This document shows positions 29,373 through 37,431 of a stretch of DNA of 42,567 nt, piece by piece. Made by a program: the position numbers and the translations under genes. The notes beneath the pieces were generated by a model. It searched no databases, had not been told where the DNA came from, and was given only the letters and a program-made list of their open reading frames with translations. How positions within the stretch are numbered: the stretch's first letter is position 1; each line of letters starts with the position of its first letter. Source of the DNA: a virus; the IMG/VR virus record IMGVR_UViG_3300046516_001619, positions 1 through 42,567 of that record, one strand, 5' to 3'.

Positions 29373-32300
29373 GCGCCGGTTGTATTCGCTGTCCGGAATG
29401 CTGTCGCGAATGTCCGCGGCGGCTTCCTGACGCGCGCGATCGACACGCAACTGGACGATCTTCAACTTCTGAGCCGAGGGCATGCCCTCGAGGTCGCCGC
29501 TGGCGCGCAGCTCCTGGAGAGCCTGGTCGCTATAGCGATTGGCCAGTTGCTGGTAGTGCGTCTCCTCGATCGCCGTGAGCGGCACCTTGCCAATCTGCGG
29601 CGTGACCGGCGACGGTGTCCACTCCACGCCCTGCGACTGCAAGTAGCGCAGGTTGTCGTCACTGACCAGATTGGTGCGAGCCGTATTGCCGAGCTCGCCG
29701 GTGCTGCCGCGCACGCCCAGCGCGGACAGCAGACCACCACCGACAGGTGCTTGCTGCGGTTGGTTGCCGGTATCCGAACCGATGTTGCTGGCGCCGAGAA
29801 CGGAGGCGCCCACGCCACCGAACATGTCGCGCACGGCAAAGTCCAGTTGGGACGGACGGATCTGCAGACTCGGATCGATCGCTCGCGCGGCCGTGGTCAA
29901 GGCTGTGGCCATGCCCTTCGACGCGGCCGAAGCCTGCTGGTCGTTGCGCACCGTGGCGATCTGGCGGTTACGGAAGATGTCTTTGTTCAAGGCCAACTGC
30001 AAGCCCGTGTTCATGCCGGGGATGAACTGTGGCTGCAGCGATCCGGGGATGTCGGCCGCGGTCTGGGCGCGCATCGGCACAGCTGACCAGGCCATCGATT
30101 GCAGCGCTTTGGCCCAGTCGGTGTGGTCCGGCGTCCCCACCGTGTTCTCGAGCGCCTGGTGGGCAGCCGTTCTTGCGGCAACGACGAATGGGGCGTAGCC
30201 GCGCGCGTTGATCCACTGAAACTGTGGATGGCGATTGCCCTGGGCGTCGACGGGTGCTTCGCCCGGCAGCATGATCACCACACCCTGGTCCTTCAGGTAC
30301 TGCGGCACGTCAGCGTAGTCCTGGGCGCGCTGCGGGTCGGCGTTGTTCCACGCCTCGGCCATGACCGCCGGCACGCCGACGAGCATGGTCGCCGACGCCA
30401 GTGCGCCACGCGGGTTCTCTTTGAACGCGCGCGCCACCTGGGCGGTGCCCTGGATACCCGCGTTGGTAAACGGGATGAACGAGTTGATCGTCTTGGCAAA
30501 GGTGCCGCCCTCATTGAAGTCGAGCGTGACCGTACGGCCGTTGAGCACCGCGCGCGCCGGCGTCGCGCCGCGGCGTTCTGCGAGGCGCATGCTGGCGATG
30601 CGCGGTCCCTGCTCGGTGCGCTCGGCAACGGCCGCAATCGGTCGCAACGTGGCGACTTGCTTGAGCACCTTGACCATGTCGCTGGGGTTATTGATCAGGT
30701 TGCCGCCGACCGCCTTGACTGACTCGGCCAACTGACCGGGTGAGCCGAACTCGAACGTGGGTGTGGCCAGGCCACGCACGGCTGCCTTGCGCTCGGCGAC
30801 CGTGCGGCTCACCGTCCCCGCACCACCGCCGCCGCCTTCGATGAATTGCTGCGCGCCCTTGCCGCGCTGCTCGTTCTGGAGCAATCCCTGGAACGCGTCG
30901 GCATACCCTTTAAAGAGCTCACCGGTGATGCGCGGCAAGGCCAGTGGATTGCCGCCTTCACGCGACAGCTCGCGCTGGAAGTACTCGGGTACGTCCAGGC
31001 TGGGGTTGCGCACCAGAGCGAAGGCCGGGTTGAGCACCGTCGTCACGTTGCGCATGAAGTTGGTCCAGTGGCGAACGAATCCCGGCGCCTGCTCGACGAG
31101 CGGTCCGTTGATTGCCGCGGCCAGCTCGGGTGGCGCGACGTAGCGTTCGACCGTGCCGTTGTTGATGCGCTGCACGATTGGCTGCCCGGCCGTGGCCGGC
31201 TTGTCCGTCCGCTGCAGCAACTGCTCGCCCTCGGGGCGCGCCTGGTCCAGATTGACGAAGGCGTTCGCCACCGCATTACGGCGAGCCTTCGTCTCCACCT
31301 GGTGGGTCAGGCCGACGATCGAGCCGAGCGGATCCTCCCGGAACTTCTGGGTGCCCTCGACGGTGTAGTTGCGAATGCCCGCGTCGGCTAGACCGATCTT
31401 GGTCCCGGCGCGCAGATTGCCCGAGGCTTCACCCTCGTGCAGGTAATCGAGAATCCTGGTAGGCACCCAGTTGGGGTACTTCTGCTGCCAGGCCTGGGCC
31501 GTCTCGGGTGAGATAACGCCATGGTCGACCATGGTCTGGCGCAGCCCGCCGATGTAGCTGTAGACATCGCTGGCAGCCTGGTTGAGGCGAGCCATTTGCT
31601 CGGGACCGAGTTCTTTGGCCATGGTGTCGAGGGCCTTGATCGAGTCGGCCACGCGCAGCCCCCCGGAGAAGGCGCGATTGGCGTACGCGTCCTGGCCGGC
31701 TGCCGCAGCGTCCTGGAGGATCTGCTGGCGGGCGCTGTCCACCGCGGCCTGAGCCTTGTCGAGGCTTCGCTGCGCGGCCGGAACCTGACGTCCGCTCGCG
31801 GCGTCGCGCCTGGCCTGGGCCTTGTCCAGCGCATCGGTCAAGCTCGAGGCAATCGGCTTGTCGGCAGCGTCGGCCTGGACCGCGTCGCCGATAGCCCTGG
31901 CCACGTCGATGTTGTTGCGGTGGATCAACAGCGTGTTGAGCGCTGGCAATTCGTCGTTGACCGACTGGACGATGGGCTTCAGGTCGCGATTGATGCGCAC
32001 CTCGGCAGCCGGGTCGCCGTTCTGCTCGCGCAGCAAGGCACTGACGTCCAGGTTCTCGGGCGGGTTAGCCAGGTCGGTGTGGCCGATCGATTGCAACGCG
32101 TCCTGCTGGTAGCGGTCGGCCGCCTCGTAACGATTGGTGACCGCGCGCACGAAGCGGTCGCGCAGGCTGCCCGTCGGTGGAGCCGGCGGCTCAGAGCCGA
32201 GCATGCGACCGACAGCGCGATTGGCTGGATCGGCTGAAGTGGTGGGATCCCAACCTCCACCAGTAGGTGGCGGCGGCTCACCGGCACGCACCGTGACGCG

Positions 32301-35018
32301 AGCTGTGGGTGTCTCGGCTGTGACCGTTTCGCCGGGTGCCGAGGCGGCACCGCCAAAAGCTGCAGTTGCCGCCGACGGTGGGGTTCCGGTGAGACCGCGG
32401 TCGATTCTGGACTGGGCCAGGGCCGCTCCTTCGGGGGTATACCCGCCACGGCCGGTCGCCGATTCGACGTCGATTCCGGCGTCCTTGGCTGCCTGGTAGA
32501 GCTGAGTCGCAATGCCCTGACGCTGAAACTCGGGAGTGACCGCGACTTCGACGACGTCGGGATTGCCACTGGCGTCGTTCAGGACGGACAGGATTCCCTG
32601 AGGCTGGCCGTTTTCGTCGCGGAATACGACGTTGTTGCCGAGCTCGGGGCGAGGCGTGCCCACGCCGTTACCCATCGGCTCCACGGAGATGCCCGGCGCT
32701 CCTTCGTGATTCACGAGCCAGGCAGATAGCTGGCCTACGGTATTTGCCTCAGCCTGAGGCTGCGTTGCAACGACTGGCGCTCTTTCACCAGCGGGCGGTA
32801 TTCGCGGAGTTTCCGCGGCACCGGCCGCGCCTTCGAGCGCACGCCCTCCGCGCGGGACTTCCGGGGGCAGCGTCACGCCACCGATGGCCAGTTGAGCGCT
32901 CTCCCAGCGCTGACGATCCTCTGGCGTCATGATGCTGGGATCTGGAAGGAGGCCACCGGGGGCGTACTTCTGGCTCAACTCCTGGATGGTGTCAATCTGG
33001 GTCAAGATGCTGGGCGCGCCGACCAGGCCACCAGCCAGACCGGTCACTCCGCCAACCACGGGCATGTCCGGGGCGATGTTCGAGATCGCGCTGCCCAGCT
33101 CCTGACGCTTCTGCTCGAGCGCGCCACCAGGCAGCAACGCGTTGACGGCTGGGCCAACCACATTCTGCCCGAGGCTCTGCTCGGCACCGGTCAGGACGTT
33201 GCTGGGCATTAGTGGGTTCGACGCCACGCCTGTTCCGACATCTGAACGCGCGCCCTGGACCTGATCGATGAAGTCGCTGAAGGCATTCTTCAGGCGATCC
33301 ACCGCGTTTTGAGCCTGGGTCGGCTCGGTCTGCGGCGCATTGCCCGTGCCCAGCGGATTGGTCAGTTGGTCCGATGGTGTGGGTTGACTGCCAGCCGGTG
33401 TGGGGCCACCGGGTGCAGCCACCAGGGGGCCGACGTCCGGTGACACAGAGCCGGCGCTGGTAACTGCCTGGTCGAGCTGCTGCGTCACCTGATCCGCCGC
33501 TTGCTGAACGCCACCAGCCACGTTCTGAGCCGCAGTGCCGACACCTGAGAAGAAACCTCCGATGCTGTCTTTCGCCCGATCCAGGAAACCGCCGGGGTTG
33601 GTCGTCTGGTCAGCCGTACTGGGTGCCGGAACCTGTGGGTTGTCAGCCAGCAGGGCTCCCTGGATGGGCCCCATGATGGCTTGCATCTGATCCGGCGTCA
33701 TCCACTCGGCGCCGCCCTTCAGGTCGGTTCCGGAGCGTCCGACGTGAAACGCACCCGAGTTGGGGTCGTAGCCGTCAGCCGTGAAATAGTGACCCTGGGT
33801 CGAAATCGTAACCGGATTGCCGGTCTGGGCTTCCTTGGCCATGGTCGCAACGTCCGGACCGATCAGCCGTGTCGGCACCCCGAGCTTGTCCATGAGGGCT
33901 TTTTCGGACGAAATACCAGCCATGCCCTGGGCACTCGTCCAGCCGACGCTCTGGGCCAGGTCGGTGGCTTCACGGAGCGTCGGGTTGCGGCCAAACTTCT
34001 GGGCAAAGCGGACGGCAGCCGCCGGTCCGCACGCGGCATAGGCTTCGTCGTTGGAAAGTTGCGGATCGCCGAACTGGCTGATGTCACGGCCACCACTGGT
34101 CCAACTGCCGGTGCGCGCGAGGAGCTCTCCCGGGGTGGCCTGCTGCTGTGGAGCCTGACCCTGCAGGATAGTGTCGACGTAGTTCTGCGTCTCTTTAAAA
34201 GGAGGGACGCCACCGTACTTGTCGACGTTGCCGCCACCGGCGTTGTACGCAGCCAGGGCTTTGCGGTAGTCGCCCTGGTACTTCTGCAAGTTCTGGGCGT
34301 CCAGCCTGGCCGCGGCATCCAGGCTGGCATAAGGGTCGGTGGGGTCCAGGCTGACGCCAGCGGCTGTCTCGGGCATGAACTGGGCAATCCCGATCGCACC
34401 AGCTGGCGACTTTGCCGTAGGGCTGAACCCAGACTCTTGCTGGATCTGACGGCTGAAGATATCCGGGTCGATACCGGCCTTCTGCGCTGCTTGCCGCGCA
34501 TACGCCTGCAGATCGCCACCACGTGTGATGTCTGTTGTCGTCGGCTGCGATTGCTGAGGAAACGCCTCGGCCGGCAGCGTATCGGGCGGTGGCGTGATTG
34601 GCCGCTGGGGAGGCGCGCCCGAGGGCGTCACGCCAAGAGCCTGGCTCACACCCGACGGCAGGATATCCGGGGGCTGTGTCGTTTGTGACGGCTGTGTGAC
34701 GGCTGACGAGGGCAGGACGGACGGTGGTGGGGTCAGTCGCACGTTCGACGGGATAGATGGCCACGCGTCAGGCTGAGAAGTGACTGCCGGCGCCGTCGGG
34801 GTGGAGGGCGACGAAGGCGGCGCCGGCAGCACATCCGGCGGAGGAGTGAGCGTGGCGTTACCCGTCCCTAGCGGGTTGGTCAGCGCATCGCTCGATGGTG
34901 GCGGCTCGAGCGTGGAGACCTGCCCGATCTGGTCGATCCTGGACTGGGTCTGCTGCCCAAACTGGTCAGCCTGATACTGACGGTAGTCGTCCTGCGGAAC
35001 GTCCGGCAGATCAGGCAT
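29340..35018 (-). CDS. Giant polyvalent virion/ejection protein (1892 aa): Pro-rich repeats + SLT lytic transglycosylase + papain/C39-like Cys peptidase + GNAT acetyltransferase + about 1000-aa uncharacterised C-terminal region
   Basis: SLT domain: FSRQIQQESGFSPTAKSPAGAIGIAQFMPETA...LAAYNAGGGNV (aa ~165-285, nt ~34164..34526). Peptidase: NDEAYAACGPAAAVRFA...TQGHYFTADGYD (aa ~305-460, nt ~33639..34106). GNAT motif A: VVEVAVTPEFQRQGIATQLYQAAKDAGI (aa ~760-875, nt ~32394..32741). N-terminal (L/I)TPPP(D/S)xLP repeated four times. LTNPLGTGNA occurs twice (aa ~46 and ~552). Confidence 0.8.
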   Translation of the reverse strand: MPDLPDVPQDDYRQYQADQFGQQTQSRIDQIGQVSTLEPPPSSDALTNPLGTGNATLTPPPDVLPAPPSSPSTPTAPAVTSQPDAWPSIPSNVRLTPPPSVLPSSAVTQPSQTTQPPDILPSGVSQALGVTPSGAPPQRPITPPPDTLPAEAFPQQSQPTTTDITRGGDLQAYARQAAQKAGIDPDIFSRQIQQESGFSPTAKSPAGAIGIAQFMPETAAGVSLDPTDPYASLDAAARLDAQNLQKYQGDYRKALAAYNAGGGNVDKYGGVPPFKETQNYVDTILQGQAPQQQATPGELLARTGSWTSGGRDISQFGDPQLSNDEAYAACGPAAAVRFAQKFGRNPTLREATDLAQSVGWTSAQGMAGISSEKALMDKLGVPTRLIGPDVATMAKEAQTGNPVTISTQGHYFTADGYDPNSGAFHVGRSGTDLKGGAEWMTPDQMQAIMGPIQGALLADNPQVPAPSTADQTTNPGGFLDRAKDSIGGFFSGVGTAAQNVAGGVQQAADQVTQQLDQAVTSAGSVSPDVGPLVAAPGGPTPAGSQPTPSDQLTNPLGTGNAPQTEPTQAQNAVDRLKNAFSDFIDQVQGARSDVGTGVASNPLMPSNVLTGAEQSLGQNVVGPAVNALLPGGALEQKRQELGSAISNIAPDMPVVGGVTGLAGGLVGAPSILTQIDTIQELSQKYAPGGLLPDPSIMTPEDRQRWESAQLAIGGVTLPPEVPRGGRALEGAAGAAETPRIPPAGERAPVVATQPQAEANTVGQLSAWLVNHEGAPGISVEPMGNGVGTPRPELGNNVVFRDENGQPQGILSVLNDASGNPDVVEVAVTPEFQRQGIATQLYQAAKDAGIDVESATGRGGYTPEGAALAQSRIDRGLTGTPPSAATAAFGGAASAPGETVTAETPTARVTVRAGEPPPPTGGGWDPTTSADPANRAVGRMLGSEPPAPPTGSLRDRFVRAVTNRYEAADRYQQDALQSIGHTDLANPPENLDVSALLREQNGDPAAEVRINRDLKPIVQSVNDELPALNTLLIHRNNIDVARAIGDAVQADAADKPIASSLTDALDKAQARRDAASGRQVPAAQRSLDKAQAAVDSARQQILQDAAAAGQDAYANRAFSGGLRVADSIKALDTMAKELGPEQMARLNQAASDVYSYIGGLRQTMVDHGVISPETAQAWQQKYPNWVPTRILDYLHEGEASGNLRAGTKIGLADAGIRNYTVEGTQKFREDPLGSIVGLTHQVETKARRNAVANAFVNLDQARPEGEQLLQRTDKPATAGQPIVQRINNGTVERYVAPPELAAAINGPLVEQAPGFVRHWTNFMRNVTTVLNPAFALVRNPSLDVPEYFQRELSREGGNPLALPRITGELFKGYADAFQGLLQNEQRGKGAQQFIEGGGGGAGTVSRTVAERKAAVRGLATPTFEFGSPGQLAESVKAVGGNLINNPSDMVKVLKQVATLRPIAAVAERTEQGPRIASMRLAERRGATPARAVLNGRTVTLDFNEGGTFAKTINSFIPFTNAGIQGTAQVARAFKENPRGALASATMLVGVPAVMAEAWNNADPQRAQDYADVPQYLKDQGVVIMLPGEAPVDAQGNRHPQFQWINARGYAPFVVAARTAAHQALENTVGTPDHTDWAKALQSMAWSAVPMRAQTAADIPGSLQPQFIPGMNTGLQLALNKDIFRNRQIATVRNDQQASAASKGMATALTTAARAIDPSLQIRPSQLDFAVRDMFGGVGASVLGASNIGSDTGNQPQQAPVGGGLLSALGVRGSTGELGNTARTNLVSDDNLRYLQSQGVEWTPSPVTPQIGKVPLTAIEETHYQQLANRYSDQALQELRASGDLEGMPSAQKLKIVQLRVDRARQEAAADIRDSIPDSEYNRRLETAMATAGR

Positions 35019-35026
35019 CTAGCACA

Positions 35027-36397
35027 TCACTGCAGTTTGAACTGTCCGCTCGATGGTGATTGAGTCGCATAGCGCGGTAACGACTGGTTGAACAGGGCCT
35101 GCGCGTCGTCCTTGGTATAGCCCTGGGATTCCCACGTGCCGAGCAGCATCTGCTGTTGACTGGGAGTCAATGCGTTCCACGTCTGGGGCGCCATCTGGTT
35201 GGGTGCCACCAGACTGTTCATGGCTGCCTGACCGCTGGTGTCGCTGGTGGCTGGCTGCTGACCGGTCGCCGAACCGACGAAGTTCTGCAGCGTGACCGGC
35301 GTTGGCTGAACGCCGGTCGTCGCGCCGCCGCCGGGGATGTACTGGCCGGCGGCAGCCGCGGCCAGGTCCTTCAATCCGCCGGGCGTCGAGCCGAGGACCT
35401 GCTGGTACCTGGCGTAGTCGGCCGGACCTCGCAGGCCGGCCATCATGGTCAGGTAGTTCTGACTGGCCGTCTGCTGGGCCTGCCACTGGGCCAGGGCCTG
35501 CTTCTGGGCGTCGATCTGTTGCTGAAAGGCCTGCTGGTTGCCGGCCAGGGTCTGGACCGGTGGACCACCGGGCTGACCGCCGGTTGCGGAGGTGCCGTCC
35601 GCGGGAGCCGCTGGTGGTGGCGTGAAACTGATGCCCGAGGGCAATCCGCCGCCGACGTTGCCGCTCTGGGCGAGACCCTGGCCCCACTCGGACTGCGCCG
35701 TCTGGGCAGCACGCTGGGCGTCGAAGCCCATTGTCTGTAACTGTTGCGTCCGGGCGGTGATGTACTGATCCTGAGTCGGCGCCGTCCAGTTGCTCGCTCC
35801 ACCACCGGCTGCTCCAGTGATGGGCGGCACCGGGCTGTACGCCGGCGGCGTGTAGTAACCGGTCAACTGGGCGGTCTGGTTGGCCTGCGAGAACGCCTGC
35901 TGCTGAGCGGCCAGGGTCTGCTGCCCCTGTTGCGGCTGGCCCCACGTGCCGAAGGCGTTGGCATTGGACAGCATGGTCGCCGCTTGCTGCTGGGCGATAT
36001 CGGCGGCCTGCTTGATGGCTGCCTGGGTAGGCATGCCCTGGTACGTGCCGGTGACACCGGCCTGAGCGATGACCGTGGCCGCTTCCTGAGCGGCCTTCTG
36101 GTACGCCTCCTGGTCAGTGTCGAGGGCCAACTTGGAGTTCAGGTAGGCCTGATAGGCAGCCTGCTGGGCCTGCTGCAGCAAGAGCTGCCCAGCCTGGATG
36201 TTGGCTCCGGTCTGGTTGTTCGCTGGCGTCGTTGGCTGGGGGCCCATGCCTTCGCCGGGCTGAACGCCACCGACGTTGGTCGGCGTGCCGGCCGGCGTGC
36301 CGCCCTGAGCCTGGACGTTGGCGTTCGCGGCCGCCGGGTCGCTGGCGTTGACGGTCATGGAGCCGCCACCCTGCAACGGAACCTGATAGCTGGGCAT
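35027..36397 (-). CDS. Gln/Ala/Gly/Thr-rich low-complexity virion protein (456 aa)
   Basis: ORF track. AAGGA SD. Long Q-rich helical stretches (LLLQQAQQAAYQAYLNSKL..., QQAFQQQIDAQKQALAQWQAQQ). Confidence 0.55.
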   Translation of the reverse strand: MPSYQVPLQGGGSMTVNASDPAAANANVQAQGGTPAGTPTNVGGVQPGEGMGPQPTTPANNQTGANIQAGQLLLQQAQQAAYQAYLNSKLALDTDQEAYQKAAQEAATVIAQAGVTGTYQGMPTQAAIKQAADIAQQQAATMLSNANAFGTWGQPQQGQQTLAAQQQAFSQANQTAQLTGYYTPPAYSPVPPITGAAGGGASNWTAPTQDQYITARTQQLQTMGFDAQRAAQTAQSEWGQGLAQSGNVGGGLPSGISFTPPPAAPADGTSATGGQPGGPPVQTLAGNQQAFQQQIDAQKQALAQWQAQQTASQNYLTMMAGLRGPADYARYQQVLGSTPGGLKDLAAAAAGQYIPGGGATTGVQPTPVTLQNFVGSATGQQPATSDTSGQAAMNSLVAPNQMAPQTWNALTPSQQQMLLGTWESQGYTKDDAQALFNQSLPRYATQSPSSGQFKLQ

Positions 36398-36411
36398 GAC
36401 GGTCCTTTCTC

Positions 36412-37374
36412 TTACGCTCTCGTTTGCGGCACGGACGGCAAGCCCTGGCGTGGCGCAACGCCCGCCGGGACCGAGCCGTAGAACGTTGGATACCAGCCTC
36501 GCTGCAGCGCGACGTCGAGCGCGTAGTCAGTCGCCGCTCGCCACGCTCGAGGATCGCCGGGCTGCCAGCCAGTCTGTGCCGTGAAGTCGTTACCCAGACC
36601 AGGCGTTGTGCCGTACTGCTCGTATCCCGTCCCCCCGTAGTGGAGTTGAAATGGCCACCAGCTCGAGCCCGTGGAAAACGTGCCGCGCGCATTCGGCTGA
36701 CCGGAGGCAGTCCCCTCATGGAATGCGACAGCGAGTGCCGTGCCTGGATCGATACCACGCTGCTGGGCAGCCGCAGCGATGTACTGGTTGATCTCGTCCG
36801 TTGTCGGCTGACCGCGATCGATCGCATCAGCCGGTCGTGAAGGTGTCAATGGCACCACCGCTTCAGGACCGGCCTCGCCGATGAGCGCGACTGTGGGTTG
36901 GGTAACGATGCCACCACCAGCCATGGCCGGCACGATCGGCACGATGCGCGAGACCTGCGCGCTGGCTACGCCGCGCGGGACCATCGGCACCGGCACGCCA
37001 CTCGGCGCCTCGGGCGGAGTGGCCTGGGTGATCGGTTCGCCAGGCATGCCCGGTGGGGTCGGCAATTTCAGTTGCGGGTAGGCCTTGAGCACGGCTTTGT
37101 AGACCTGGGTGAAGCCCTGCGGTCCCAACCGCTGCATCTCCTGCTGACGACCCTGCAGGTTGGGCGTGCCGTCCGGATTGAACAACTGGTCGCGGTAGTA
37201 CTCGAGCTTCTGCGTCTCGGACAACTGAGCCGCGAACGGAGCCACGCCCTGAGGCGCCATGGCCGCGGCGATCCTGGTCGACTCCTGATCGATCCACAGG
37301 GCCAGGTCGGTCGCCACCGTATCGAGCATGGTTTGCTGTGGCGGCATCAGCCGAAGACCTTCCACACCAGCCAC
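36412..37374 (-). CDS. Virion protein with a C-terminal lysozyme/SLT-like domain (320 aa; alternative start ATG 37347)
   Basis: GGIVTQPTVALIGEAGPEAVVPL is a motif seen in tape-measure and ejection-type proteins. The C-terminal QQRGIDPGTALAVAFHEGTASG...WWPFQLH is transglycosylase-like. Confidence 0.55.
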   Translation of the reverse strand: MAGVEGLRLMPPQQTMLDTVATDLALWIDQESTRIAAAMAPQGVAPFAAQLSETQKLEYYRDQLFNPDGTPNLQGRQQEMQRLGPQGFTQVYKAVLKAYPQLKLPTPPGMPGEPITQATPPEAPSGVPVPMVPRGVASAQVSRIVPIVPAMAGGGIVTQPTVALIGEAGPEAVVPLTPSRPADAIDRGQPTTDEINQYIAAAAQQRGIDPGTALAVAFHEGTASGQPNARGTFSTGSSWWPFQLHYGGTGYEQYGTTPGLGNDFTAQTGWQPGDPRAWRAATDYALDVALQRGWYPTFYGSVPAGVAPRQGLPSVPQTRA

Positions 37375-37430
37375 AGCACGCCCAGCCAGGACATCAGTCC
37401 GACCAGGCAGGCGACCCAGATTCCAGTCAC
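37347..37430 (-). CDS. Possible micro-ORF: 27-aa hydrophobic peptide between the portal and the next gene
   Basis: Manual translation gives VTGIWVACLVGLMSWLGVLWLVWKVFG. GTG lies 1 nt after the portal stop, and its TGA overlaps ATG 37347. Third codon positions are almost all G/C. Confidence 0.3.
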   Translation of the reverse strand: MTGIWVACLVGLMSWLGVLWLVWKVFG

Positions 37431-37431
37431 G

